64,000 bases of DNA from Octopus vulgaris. Its lineage: Eukaryota. The notes under the pieces were generated by a model, which was not told the DNA's origin, did not search any database, and worked only from the letters and a program-made list of their open reading frames with translations. The stretch is from NCBI GenBank assembly GCA_951406725.2, contig OX597821.1:80352001-80416000 (forward strand), written 5' to 3'. The first letter of the stretch is position 1. Each line of letters starts with the position of its first letter. This document shows, one piece after another, positions 1 through 14,009 of this stretch. Made by a program: the position numbers and the translations under genes.

Positions 1-97
1 TAGGCTTACAAAGAATAAGTCCTGGGGTCGATGTGATCGACTAAAGGCGGTGCCCCAGCATGGTCACAGTCAAATGACTGAAACAAGTAAAAGAGTA
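1..97 (+). mobile_element. 3' end of tRNA-derived SINE family A
   Basis: Matches the 3' part of the full copy at 15216-15682 (taggcttacaaagaataagtcctggggtcgat...gactgaaacaagtaaaagagta). Confidence 0.85.
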
Positions 98-563
98 GCT
101 GTACCAGCTATTATTGATATCGCTGGTACTAATGCTTTTATCATTATTATCGTAGCTATTTTTGTGGTCATCGTCATATATAAACGAAGGCTTTCCAATC
201 ACAATAAATATTAGGTCTTAAAAAAAGCAGTTCGCATAGGCAAAGTCGAAGGATGCCCGCGTAAACATGACAGATGTTCTATTGGACCAAAGCAGTACTC
301 CGAACACCTTTATCCAATTTAGAAACTTTATCTTTAGTAGCAAGAATTGTATATTATCGACGCAATAAGAATTTAGAAACTTCGAAAGAACATGAAATAA
401 CTTTGTTTTGGAAGGGTGAAACTTAAAGCAGATAAACCTCTCCCATAGCAACCTTCGACTTTTCTTTCTAAATAGTATTATTCTTTTTAACTCAATATTT
501 ACCAGCTGCTATTAATAGTTTTATTTGCTTTGAGTTCCACAATTCTCAAAAACGACTATCAAT

Positions 564-1043
<480 letters not shown>

Positions 1044-1523
1044 TGGCGATATTGTTTGCGGAGTGATAATATACCAAAACGGGAAGCTGGAAATTTTTTT
1101 TGTTTCAATTATGTATCCACCATTACCCATGTTTCATTTGCTAACAGGAATTACAATATTGCACATGTAGGTTAAACATGTGACAAATCTATTGAAAAAC
1201 ATATTAAAATTCTTCAGACAGAGAATCAAATAATATATAGATAGGTATGTATATTTCTGTGTGGGTGTGTATATGTATTGCGCTTACACAAACACATATA
1301 CATGCATACCTTCACGTGTCCATAATAACGACCACGATAACAAGATATTACCTAAATATTACGTCTTAAACAAAAACCCAAACCACAAAGTTTTCAGGCC
1401 ATTTTACTGGTTGCCGTGGTTTAAGTACATCAATCAAAGACGATGTTAAACTCCTCATGCAACGACCGAGGATTCCACGGCATGCGCAATGGTATCTGAG
1501 TATGTGTGTGTGTGTGTGTATGC

Positions 1524-1563
<40 letters not shown>

Positions 1564-1855
1564 TGAGATGCTTTCAGTGCTATGTAGGCTTTTTCTGAGA
1601 TTCGTCCGAATGAGGAATGTGTAACATATATATTTATAAATGTCTCTAGTCTAGTTGGCCTTTATCACACACACACACACATACATATACATAGACAGAT
1701 ATACATACGTATTTACATATACACATATACTTCCAGGTATATCTCTGCGAACACACTTATTTCTGTCTCTCTCCATCTCCCTGTTTCTCTCTCTCTCTGC
1801 CTCGGTCTGTCTCTGTCTCTCTGTTTGCTTGTCTGTCTGTCTGTCTGTCTGTCTC

Positions 1856-1919
<64 letters not shown>

Positions 1920-2056
1920 ACACACACACACATACACGCACACACATAAACATGCATACATCCCTACTGATCTACTTCTATTTGCACTCCGCCAGATTCA
2001 CTAGTACCCGTGGAATGTTATACGCTGTGCTTGTGCACACTAACCACAAGAACAAG

Positions 2057-2087
<31 letters not shown>

Positions 2088-2291
2088 GCAGCAGCAGCAG
2101 CAGCAAAGTATATATGTAAGAGCGGAATGCATGTGGGTGGGGGCAGTTCACACCCCAGGACTGATAACCTATCAAGATGAAAGGGTTGAGCGGCAAAGAA
2201 GGAAGCTGTGAGATATGTTCTTTAATAAAGTGTCCGAGTAACTGAATTAATCACGATGTGTATATGTGTGTGCATTGTATGTATGTCTATT

Positions 2292-2325
<34 letters not shown>

Positions 2326-2357
2326 TACGTATATGTGTATATGTGTATATATGTGTG

Positions 2358-2390
<33 letters not shown>

Positions 2391-2395
2391 GTGTA

Positions 2396-2438
<43 letters not shown>

Positions 2439-2454
2439 ATAATGTGTATATATG

Positions 2455-2511
<57 letters not shown>

Positions 2512-2721
2512 CTGTGTATATATGTATATATATGTTTATATATATACATGTGTTTGTGTATTGGTGGGTGGATGGCTAGGAAGGGGTGCATGCTAATAGA
2601 GGGAAAAAAGTTGCGAGCGGTATTGACGTTTGTTTTGTTGTTGGCGGTGGTGTTTCTGTTATTGTCGACGGTAGAGTCATTGTTGGTGTCTGTGTGGATG
2701 TTGTTCTTGCTGCTGGTGTTC

Positions 2722-2925
2722 GGCAGAATCGTTACCTCGCCGGGCAAAAAGTGCTTAGCGGCATTTCATCCGTCTTTATGTTCTGAGCTCAAATTCAGTC
2801 GAGGCCGACTTTGCATTTCATCCTTTCCGAGTCGATAAAATAAGTACCAGTCAAGCACTGGGGTCAATGTTATCGACTTACTCCTTCTTCCAAAATTGCT
2901 GGCCTCGTGCCGAAATTACAAACCG
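2722..2925 (+). mobile_element. SINE family B (core gaggtcgactttgcctttcatcctttcggggtcgataaaataagtaccag)
   Basis: About 200-bp unit recurring at 5330-6705, 21912, 22560, 23897(-), 37310(-), 37530(-), 56505 and 57490(-). It has a B-box-like gagttcaaatt motif. The core resembles the conserved metazoan (Meta/MESC-type) SINE domain from memory. Confidence 0.8.
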
Positions 2926-2936
2926 CTGTTGTAGTC

Positions 2937-2980
<44 letters not shown>

Positions 2981-2981
<1 letters not shown>

Positions 2982-3534
2982 GAGTGAGTGAGAGAGTAGT
3001 GCATGCCATCAAAGTGACACTGGGGTAAAATATACGAAACCCAGTATACCCATCATGACCACCCGTCTGATAAGGGTACACCAGGCACATGCATCACAAC
3101 CATATGTGCGCGACATGGTGATCTCATATCAAGATAAACAGCACATGACCTTGCAGGTGGGGCCCAGTTAGAAATTTCTTCTAGTCGAGTAGCCCATCCC
3201 GCTCAAAAGGTCCCTGAATAAGCATTGTTTAAGGATGTTGAACGAAACACCCATCTTTCCAGAGGTGAATTATCCAAACCCCCAAGAATCCTTCTCAACA
3301 CACGGCTATGATGCTCCTCCACTACTTCTGCTTGTGATCAGAGATGCAGATATCGTCAGCCACTAAGGGACATGCTCAACTGGCTAAGGTCAAACAACTG
3401 ACAAGCAAATCTGTGGTATTGAGCAGAATATTTGCTGTAGCCCATCTTTTATACCAAAACAAAACAATGTACATGATAACACTTCCAATCAGTTAAGATC
3501 AGAAGCCATGAGAGCCACTGTCTGGTACTGCATC
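2981..3534. mobile_element. ~555-bp non-coding insert bracketed by (TTA)n; unclassified putative non-autonomous retroelement
   Basis: Complex sequence with sharp edges against (TTA)n on both sides; no ORF recognised. Confidence 0.5.
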
Positions 3535-3877
<343 letters not shown>

Positions 3878-5200
3878 TTTCAGTAGTTTTATTTTTATAG
3901 CGTGCTTTCACTTCACTACCGAGCGCAGCTTTGTGTGCCTTGGGTATGTGCTGTGATTTGTTGTGATGCTCTGATGGTTATTGTATGGAAAGTGTTCTGC
4001 GTACGATGTGTGCAGTGCCTAGTAGTGCAATTTTCTGTATGTTATATGTGTTTGTAAGTCCTGGTGTTGTTGTTATGTATTTGTCTGAATATTTTTTATC
4101 ATGCCTAATGCACCTACTATGATAGGAATTGTTTCTGTTTTTAGATTCCACATTCTGGTTACCTCTATTTCTAGGTATTTGTATTTTGAAAGTTTCTCCA
4201 TTTCTTTTAGAGACACGTTGTCATCTGCCGCTATTGATACATCAATTAGAAAGCATTTTTTTTCTTCATGATCTCTGACAACTATATCTGGTCTGTTGGC
4301 CTTAATTTCTCTATCTGTGTGTATCGGCATATCCCAGAGTATGGTTGCTTTCTCGTTTTCTGTGACCTTTTCTGGTGTGTGCCTATACCATTTTTTTCTG
4401 TTGTTATTCCATAATGTTGGCATAACTTCCAGTGTATGTAGGTTCCAACTCTGTCATGCCTGTGAATATATTCCTTCTTAGCCAGGACTGGGCACCCAGA
4501 GATAATATGATTTATTGTTTCTTGTCCATCTCCACATATTCTGCAGTTACTTGTTATATTTCTTTTCATTACATGTTTTTGGTAATTTCTGGTGGGGAGG
4601 CTTTGGTCTTGTGCTGCAATTAAAAATCCCTCTGTCTCTGCTTTGAGTCCTGAGCTTCTCAACCATTGCTGGAATTTTTCTTTGTCTATTTCTTTTGCGT
4701 TTAGTTTAGTCCAGTATTTACCATGAAGGGGCTTTTCTTGCCATCGTTTTATCATGGTTCGTTGCTGTTCTGTTTTTAGTTTGGATTTCATTTGTTTTAT
4801 AGTTTTTGTTGTTTCTTCATCTTCTTCTTCTTTTTCATATTTATTAGGTGGTATTATTTCTTGTTTGTATTTGTCAGCTTCCTTAAATACTGAGAACAGT
4901 TTTTTGTTTTGCTCGTGTTTTGCCGCTATTTGTATCAGTTTTCCTTCCTTCTGAAGTATATATTTTTGCAGTCCTATGGTGGTTATTTTATAGTAGTTTT
5001 CCAGCTGTATAAGGCCTCTACCACCTTCTATACGTTGTATATATAGTCTTTCTATGTCAGATTTTGGGTGATGCATCCTAGATCCTGTCATTATTTTTCT
5101 TGTTTTCCTATCTACTTTGGTCAGTTCATTTAGTGTCCAGTTAAGGATATTGTAGCTGTAACTTATAACTGGGACAGCTAAAGTGTTAATACCTATTATC

Positions 5201-5202
<2 letters not shown>
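3878..5202 (-). mobile_element. 5'-truncated R4/Dong-like non-LTR retrotransposon (post-RT region, CCHC finger, restriction-like endonuclease), frameshifted
   Basis: Motifs CRICG..ETINHIISGC..YIHRHDRV, WDMPIHTDREIKANRPDIVV, LIDVS, EKLSKY, IPIIVGALG and ALLGTAHIVRRTL (stop ~3978). Flanked by (TAA)n on both sides. Confidence 0.92.
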
Positions 5203-5261
<59 letters not shown>

Positions 5262-5329
5262 ATGAAAACTCATTGCTTATTTGGCTGGGTATGATGGAAA
5301 GTGACAGCTCTCCACAGCCATAATGCTTA

Positions 5330-6285
5330 GTGGAACTTCTTTCGGATCTGCGTTCAAATTCAACCGAGGTCGACTTTACTTTTCATCCTTTCGGGGTCGA
5401 TAAAATAAGTACCGGTTGAGCACTAGGGGTTGGTGTAATCGGCTGGCCCCTGGTCCTAACTTGCTGGCCTTGTGCCAATATTTGAAAACGGAAAAAAGAA
5501 AAGCATAAGAAGGTGGTGAGCTGGCTGAATCGTTAACTCGCCCAGCAATAATGCTTGGCGGCGTCTCGTCCGTCTTTATGTTCCGAGTTCAAACTCCACC
5601 GAGGTCGATTTTGTCTTTCATCCTTTCGGAGCTGATAAAATAAGTACCAGTTACACACTGGGGTCCATATAATCGACTTAGCTCCTTCCCCAAACCTGCT
5701 GGCCTTGTGCCAAAATTTTAAATTATTATTATTATTATTATTATGAAGGCAGCGAGCAGGCAGAATCGTTAGCACGCCAGCCGAAGTGCCTAGTGCTATT
5801 TCATTAGTCCTTATGTTCTGAGTTCAAATTCTGCCGAGGTCGACTTTACCTGTCATCCTTTCGGGGTCGATTAAATAAGTACCAGTTATACAGTGGGATC
5901 GATGTAATTGACTTATCCCCCTCCTCGGAAATTCCAGGATTATTATTATCGTTATAAAAGCGGCGAGCTGGCAGAATCGTTAGCATGCCGGCCAAAATTC
6001 TTAGTGGTATTCCATCCGTCTTACTTTCTGAGTTCAAGTTCCGCCGAGAGCGACTTTGCTTTCATTATTTTGCGGTCGATAAAATAAGTACCAGTTGAAC
6101 ACTGGTGTTGATCTAATCGACTTTGCCCCTTCCCCCAAATTGCTGGCCTTGTGCCAAAATTTGAAACCATTCTTCTTCTTCTTCTTCTTCTTCTTCTTCT
6201 TCTTCTTCTTCTTCTTCTTCTTCTTCTTCTTCTTCTTCTTCTTCTTCTTCTCATTATTATTATTATTATCATTATCATTATTATT

Positions 6286-6347
<62 letters not shown>

Positions 6348-6705
6348 GACGGCGTGCTGGCAGAATCGTTAGAACTCTGGATAAATGCTTATTACGTTAT
6401 TACGTTATTACGTTATAACGTTCTGAGTTCAAATTCCGCCGAGGTCGACTTCGCCCTCCATCCTTTCGGGGTCAATAAAATAAGTACCAATTGAGCCCTG
6501 TGGTCTACTGAGCACTGAGGTCGATGTAAGCGACTGCTCACTTTCCCTATTTTCGGGCTTTGTGCATTTCTTAAAAACAATTACATTACGGCAGCGACCA
6601 CGTAGACCCATTAGTGTCGGATGTAATGCTAAGCAGCAATTCTTTCGGCAATTTACATTCTGAGTTCAAATCCCGTTGAGGTTAGCTTTGCCTTTTATCC
6701 TTTCG
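5330..6705 (+). mobile_element. Head-to-tail cluster of about six SINE family B copies, several separated by (ATT)n/(TTC)n
   Basis: Units start near 5330, 5508, 5746, 5958, 6346 and 6600; all share the core motif and have diverged from one another. Confidence 0.85.
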
Positions 6706-6883
6706 TGTGTTCACGAAGACGGGTTGCTGTTGTGAGTGTTTAGCCCTAGGTCACACCTGATGAAGTAGAATTATGATTTAAGATGTTCCAGCTTGGGCCA
6801 TCTCATCCTTTGTCGCGATATATCTTGGATAACAGTGCCTAATGTGTCTTTTCTTATTTCTAAGACGGTAGTAATGTTTTGGT

Positions 6884-7137
6884 GGAGGCGTGTGGCTTAG
6901 TGGTTAGGGTGTCAGCATCACGATCGTATGATTGTGGTTTCGATTCCTGGACCGGGCGACGCGTTGTGTTCTTGAGCAAAACATTTCATTTCACGTTGCT
7001 CCAGTCCACTCAGCTGGCAAAAATGAGTAACGTTGCGATGAACTGGCGTCCCGTCCAGCTGGGGAACACATACGCCATTGAAACCGGGAAACTGGGCCCA
7101 TGAGCCTGGCTAGGCTTTAAATGGGCGCATTTATTTA
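6884..7137 (+). mobile_element. tRNA-derived SINE family C (V-domain-like 3' region)
   Basis: A box tggcttagtgg, B box gtttcgattcc, then gcgatgaactggcgtcccgtccag...gaaaccggg. Confidence 0.75.
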
Positions 7138-7637
7138 GTTTTATTTTAGTAATGCTTTGAGGACATTTGGCTGCTATTTTCAGTAAGTTCTATAAGGGCA
7201 AAGAAAATCTTCGTTGAGTCGTTGTGTAGAGTTTATTGTTGTTGATGTTGTTGTTGTTGGTATTTCCAGTGTTGTTGTTTTTTTTTTTGGCTTTTGTCGT
7301 TATTGGGTAGGGATTCCTTTGTGAATCGTTCAATCTACTGCCTGCATGTGTGTGTGTGTGTGTGTGTGTGTTTGTGTTTCCATGTGCTTATGTGGGTATA
7401 AGTGTATGTGTGTGTGTGTGTATCGCCATGTGTGTAGGAGCAAGGAATGGCTGCGCTTGATGTTGTTGTCGGGTAAAGGTTGCTTTGTGAGCATTTGGAA
7501 ATGCTGAAAATGTGTGGGAGGATGAAGTAAGGAGAGGGGGCATTATTATTTTTTTTTTTTTTTGCTTTTTTGTGAGGGTGAAGGGCAGAAGATAAATGTT
7601 ACAGTTGTGTGGGTGGCTGGAAGCGCTGGTTGAACAT

Positions 7638-7725
<88 letters not shown>

Positions 7726-7892
7726 GGTTATTGACTCGTGGTGTCGAAGACAACTGTGTCATAATGATATCTGCTATGTTAGGGTGTGTTCCGCGTGAGC
7801 TGTGTACATATGAATGAAGACAGATTTTGTGTGTAGTGTATACATTATATATATACCATAACGTATGTGTACACTCGTATGTATGTCTGTAC

Positions 7893-8051
<159 letters not shown>

Positions 8052-8151
8052 ATTACTAAACAGGAAGTTTATTCTATAAAATCAAAATCAAATACAATGT
8101 GCATATGCAAAATAAAAAAATATAAAATAGCGACAGTTTATCCATCACACA

Positions 8152-8227
<76 letters not shown>

Positions 8228-8232
<5 letters not shown>

Positions 8233-8405
8233 ATTCACAAAAAAACAGCAAAAGACGAAGACAGGTAGTGTAGACAACAAACAGATGTATTAGGTTAACA
8301 CGGTAAGGGAAAAAGTCATTAACGTTTCGAGCCTACGCTCTTCCACAGAAAGAAACAGGGAGAGAAAATAAAGAATGGGTAGTGGCTAGCGATCTATCAT
8401 GGCAC
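8228..8405 (-). mobile_element. Short (TA)n-flanked element with variant hammerhead motif (family H2)
   Basis: Homologous to 17698-17885, 27448-27575, 40648-40765, 41245-41370 and 49015-49172. Minus strand reads cttt CTGTGGAA GAGC gtag GCTC GAAA CG TT. Confidence 0.75.
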
Positions 8406-8425
8406 ATATATATATTATAATATAT

Positions 8426-9284
8426 GGAGGTTGCGATGGGTAAAATGTCGCCATTTTGCATGTCTTATTTCACGCATGCGCCTTGTTTGTTTTTGATTTT
8501 GTCGACTACACAGTACAGTAGAGTAAGTTGGGTACTGTCTGTGAGAAAAATAGCACCATGGTCCAATTCATTCTGCCAGGAACTTGGTAACAACATGTTG
8601 TACTGCTTGGCATTCGCTCTGCAAGCTCCAATGCGTACAGGCGATGAACACACAGAACAACCATTGGCTTACCGTGTCCCCAAAACATGTACCGAGAGTA
8701 ATAAAAATTAAACATCCGGTCAATATCATGGTGTTTGGAGTGATCACTAATGATGGCGACGTTATGCTTCCGTTCATCTTCCCACACGGCCTCACACTCA
8801 ACACAGAGGCCTACATCAAGTGCCTGGAGGAGGTAGTGCTGCCCTGGGTGAAGAGGGTGGCTGCTGGGAGTTCATATATCTGACAACATGACTCTGCACC
8901 ATGCCACACAAGCAGGGGAACCCAGTCATGGCTGTCAGACAATTTCTGCGACCACATTACCCCTAATATCTGGTCATCTAACTCTCCAGACAGTAATCCC
9001 TTTGACCATTATGTGTGGGGCGCAGTTGAGTGAGAAATCAAGAAAACTCCTTCCAACACCAAAGATGAACTGAAGGCAAAAATTGTGGCAGTATTCATCA
9101 CCTTAAATAAAGAGACTGTCCAGAAGAGTTGCAGGAGATTTTGAAGACGTCTGCAGATCGTGGGCGAAGCCAGTGGTGATTTTATTGAATATATTTACTT
9201 TTTAGTATTTCAAGATATTTTAATGCAATTTTGGTAAATATGTCTGTTAAAATGAGATGTTATTTCCGTTTTTGTAGCACCCTG
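8426..9284 (+). mobile_element. Decayed, internally deleted Tc1/mariner-superfamily element, DD37D (maT-like)
   Basis: KHPVNIMVFGVITNDG..QHDSAPCH..SPDSNPFD, with 37 residues between the last two Asp. Contains stop codons. TA-flanked, right end gcaccctg-TA. Confidence 0.85.
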
Positions 9285-9341
9285 TATATACATACACACA
9301 TATACATATGTATGTATATATACATATACATACACACACAT

Positions 9342-9380
<39 letters not shown>

Positions 9381-9389
9381 ATTAATTAA

Positions 9390-9924
9390 AATCACAATAA
9401 GGGTGAAAAAGTTGAATATTAATTAATAACATCAATTTAAAACACCAAGTGGCCTAGCGTAAAAAAACTGTGATACAGTAAAAATTATTAATACAAGTAA
9501 TAAGAGAGAGACCACATATGGTCACTCTAACGCTAGAAATAGATCCGCAAAGGGAATCCACCACTAAAGAATTGTTCTCAAGCATTAATTCAGCACGCCA
9601 AGAATGTAAGCGGGCAGGACAAATGAAAAATAACGAAAAAATAGATTAACTCTATACAATTGTTTCATCGTTAATAGATTGTGTAATTTTACTTACAAAT
9701 CATTTTCGAATCCTCAGTAGAGTATATCAAAGATATAATTTGCTGAACCGAACGCCAAAATCCATACGAAGCCGAGCAAAGGCGAACGGCACAGCCGATT
9801 ATATTTGCAGTTACGTTCAAATATCCTCATTCTTTAATGCATGAGAACAATTCTTTAGTGGTGGATTCCCTTTGCGGATCTATTTCTAGCGTTAGAGTGA
9901 CCACATGTGGTCTCTCTCTTATTA

Positions 9925-9927
<3 letters not shown>
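9390..9927 (-). mobile_element. Fold-back Penelope-like non-autonomous element (family H1) with hammerhead ribozyme
   Basis: About 94-bp inverted arms at 9495-9588 and 9834-9927; (TA)n on both sides; hammerhead in the loop. Confidence 0.8.
9649..9723 (-). ncRNA. Type I hammerhead ribozyme motif
   Basis: Minus strand: ACTCTA CTGAGGA ttcg..(long loop)..cgat GAAA CAATTG TA TAGAGT. 6-bp stem I, palindromic stem III, GUA cleavage triplet. The first stem II pair is a U-U mismatch. Confidence 0.8.
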
Positions 9928-9977
<50 letters not shown>

Positions 9978-10153
9978 ATGTATATATATATGTATGTACG
10001 TATTCATGTACATATATATGTCTGTCTATATATATGTATATGTATGTGTATGTATATGTATGTACGTATTCATGTACGTATATATATATATATATATATG
10101 TGTCTGTATATATATATGTATATGTATATATATGTATGTACGTATTCATGTAC

Positions 10154-10199
<46 letters not shown>

Positions 10200-10399
10200 G
10201 TGTGTGTCTGTATGCTAGCTGCATGCTCTCTTTTATCTATTATTTGGGAATTTTATTTTAGTCATTGGGCTACGGCCATGCTGGGGTAGCTCATTGAAAG
10301 GTTTGTGTGCATATGTTTTTATAGGCATTTGGTATATACTTCAGTTTGGGTCCTTTGCATGTATATGACTCGAGCATGTAATATTTCTGTACCTGTGTG

Positions 10400-10530
10400 G
10401 GAAGAGGCTTACTTTCCAAGCACATGGTTCCGGGTTCAGTCCCATGGTGTGTCATCTTGGACAAGTGTCTTCTAGTATAACTTCGGGCCAACCAAAGCCT
10501 CGTGAGTGGATTTGGTAGACTGAAACTGTA
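10400..10530 (+). mobile_element. SINE family A, 5' half
   Basis: cacatggttccgggttcagtccca...gtgagtggatttggtagac. Confidence 0.8.
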
Positions 10531-10999
10531 TACATACACACACACATATGTATGTTTGTATGTATGTATGTATGTATGTATGTATGTATGTATGTATGTA
10601 TGTATGTATGTATGTATGTATGTATGCATGAATGTATGTATGTATGCATGAATGTATGTATGTAGGCAGTCCGTGTTTACTCATCTAATGCTATAATGTA
10701 ATTTGCGTGTGCGTATATCTGTGTTTTATACTGGCATATACTCTGTGTGTGTGTGTTTGTACATGTGTATGTATATGCAGACATCCTGCTGTGTGCTATG
10801 GTTATATATCTCTGATGAGCTGATATGATGCTGTGTGCAAAGGAGTGTGACAGTTGACAGGATGACAGTATGATTGGTTAGCATCGTAATACTTAGGTAC
10901 GGTGTGTATATTGTGTGAGTAGTGTGCGGTTGTTGGGATAAGTCGTGTGGGTGGTGACTACGGAAATATAGTTCGTTGTGATCGTGTGTGTATGTGTGC

Positions 11000-11040
<41 letters not shown>

Positions 11041-11099
11041 CAAAGTAGCTAGTTATAAAATCTCAAGATATGGCTACTTGCTTTATTATATATATGTAT

Positions 11100-11159
<60 letters not shown>

Positions 11160-11162
11160 CAT

Positions 11163-11244
<82 letters not shown>

Positions 11245-11289
11245 GTATGTATGCATGTATGTACGTATGTATGTATATATATATATATA

Positions 11290-11539
11290 ACTCTGAAATC
11301 GGGTTCGATATGGTAATAACGGGATTTTTTAGAAATTTCTGTCGGCTTTCTTCGAAACACGTGCTTGTAGTGATAAATTACATGGTTATTGACGTTGTGT
11401 CTATTTTCGGCATATTTTGGCATTAGAATTCTTTTATTTTGCCCTTACTTATAAATTGTTCATAAATTTTACCATTAAAGGTATTTTTTAATATGCTGGC
11501 CATTGCTAGAATTTTTTTCGAAATATTTTATCCTATATT

Positions 11540-11542
<3 letters not shown>
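11290..11542 (+). mobile_element. Degenerate family H1-like element
   Basis: (TA)n flanks, GAAA-CACGTG remnant at 11355-11364, 3' stem ggcatatt/aatatgct followed by ggccattg. Confidence 0.5.
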
Positions 11543-11604
<62 letters not shown>

Positions 11605-12075
11605 TATATATATGCATGCCAGGGAGGTATGTGCCGAGGCGTAAAAATATTCAGGCTGGTGTCCGTGGCTACAGTAAGCACACTAAAAATGAGGGTCTCC
11701 TGGTCTTTGTCAAGGCATCTTTCTAGAAGAAGGCTAAGTCATATATAAAAGCCCCAGATCTACTGATCCGGATATCTTGTACTTGTCTCTAAGCTTTCTT
11801 GGCATTGCCAGGGAAAGTCTTTGTGGTGTTCGAAATACTTGTATGGGCATCGCTGACACTCCTGTCAGCGATGGTCATGCTCGGCTAACATGTAGACAGC
11901 CATCATATATGCATACATATCGAGTATGTATAGTATGTATGCATTTATGCAGTTATGTAAAGATGTATGCATGCATGAACGCGTGTATGTATGTATGTAT
12001 GTATGTATGTATGTATGTATGTATGTATGTATGTATGTATGTATGTATGTATGTATGTATTATGTATGTATGTGT

Positions 12076-12481
12076 CAGGGATATGCCGCCTGAGTAGGCA
12101 AGGTAGGCAGTGCCTACTCTGAAGAAAATAGATCGATAGTAACATTTTCCTTTTATGGCGAAATACACACCTAATTTAATAAAATTATGAAGGTTACTCT
12201 GATTACGATGCATAAAATACAAAATGTTTTATTTTTTTGTAGACTAGGTAAGCATAATTCGCTCCTGCCTTTCAATCTTAGTATTAAAGCAACACATAGT
12301 ATTGCTGTGGTACACATGCTGCGTACATTCCTACAACAACGAGTTCTTTACGCGCTATGAAGGCAGAAGTAAATCTGCCTCCAACTCAGTCGCGTGCCTG
12401 TGTTTCGATTTTTTTTGTGTGTTTTACTACATAAAAGTCACCAACTGCCTACCCTGAGTAATTGCTCACGGTACGTGCCTG
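12076..12481. mobile_element. Putative MITE (hAT-like ends) inside (TATG)n
   Basis: Imperfect TIRs cagggatatgccgcctgag / ctcacggtacgtgcctg with subterminal gtaggcag / ctgcctac repeats. Confidence 0.5.
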
Positions 12482-12666
12482 ATGTATGTATGTATGTATG
12501 TATGTATGTATGTATGTATGTATGTATGTATGTATGTATGTATGTATGTATGTATGTATGTATGTATGTATGTATGTATGTATGTATGCATGCATGTACG
12601 TATGTATGTATGTATGTATGTATGTATGTATGTATGTATGTATGTATGTATGTATGTATGTATGTA

Positions 12667-12702
<36 letters not shown>

Positions 12703-12980
12703 TGTATGTATGTATGTATGTATGTATGTATGCGTGTATCTATGTATATAGACGCACGCATGTATATGTCTCAACATGGTCGTTAAAAAATTAAGCTTCC
12801 ACATTCAAAACTAAAAAAATTTTCAACAACGAAAGGAATTTATGACAAAATGGAAAGAAAATTATAAATCTCTTCTTTAAATTTCTCATAAAGCTTTGCG
12901 TTTCTATGTTGAATTTTAAAAAAAATTACTTTATTCACAATAAGAAATGCCATCTATCTATTTGTCTGTCTCTCTTTCTT

Positions 12981-13089
<109 letters not shown>

Positions 13090-13399
13090 AATTAATAATA
13101 TCAAAGGGTAATCTGAAATAGAAATTTCTATTACCAGTGGTCTAGCGTGTAAAATATATTAGTCAATAGACAATATATTATTCATATAAATACAGTGTAC
13201 ATTTAAACACAAAAGAGGTATCCATCATAGGACTACCTGCACGCTAGAGAGGACAGTTAAATTTCAAACCACTATTAGGGATAAAATTTCGAATGGAATG
13301 AAAAATATAAATATTTACTATCTAACTCTTGTCTTCTCTAGCGTGCAGGTAGTCCTATGATGGATACCTCTTTTGTGTTTAAATGAACACAGTATTTAT
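13090..13399 (-). mobile_element. Fold-back family H1 element, truncated (no ribozyme core seen)
   Basis: 70-bp inverted arms at 13186-13255 and 13330-13399; shares the accagtggtctagcgt terminus with the 9.4-kb and 26.4-kb copies. A related fragment lies at 41525-41652. Confidence 0.7.
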
Positions 13400-14009
13400 C
13401 TATCTATCTATTTATATGATTCAAGCCTAGACATCTCACATTGCCTTTTTAATTAATTCTTTGTTAAATATAAACCTATATTTCAATAACACAAAATATT
13501 ATTCCGGGCATAAAACAACGAGCCACACGCTTGTGAGAAATAAAAATAATTGGTTATATTTATGTTGAGGAAGCGAATTGTACTTCCTACTCGTGGTGCA
13601 TTGATTGTATTTCGAAGAATGACCCTGATGCCGCTTATGTTTTATTGAGGTTCTCTCACGAAGTAGCTCACGTTAGCAGGGCATCATCATATCCAGAACA
13701 CTTTACTTTGCTTTGTTGTTTGCACTCCGACTCAGGGCCATTCTCTGCGTAGAAACTGGGCCATGATTTCTGTAATCTTATTGATACTGTTACTGAAGAA
13801 TTCAGTGGCTAGAATTCGTTATGGCGCTACTCATTCTACAACAGGATTTTGGGTACATTGCTGTCCATGATGGGCCATAGGCTTTAAAACTGACGCCAGT
13901 TTCCAATCAGCTTGACGCTTGCCGTTTGACATACAGTATTATACTTTTCCTCAACGCCTATGTTGAAATTCGAGTACTTGGAATTTGCAGTAGTTACGGA
14001 GTGTGTTTC

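Noticed and set aside
5330-6705. CRISPR-like regularly spaced repeats
   Set aside because: Units are ~200-bp diverged SINEs with microsatellite spacers in eukaryotic DNA; no cas genes.
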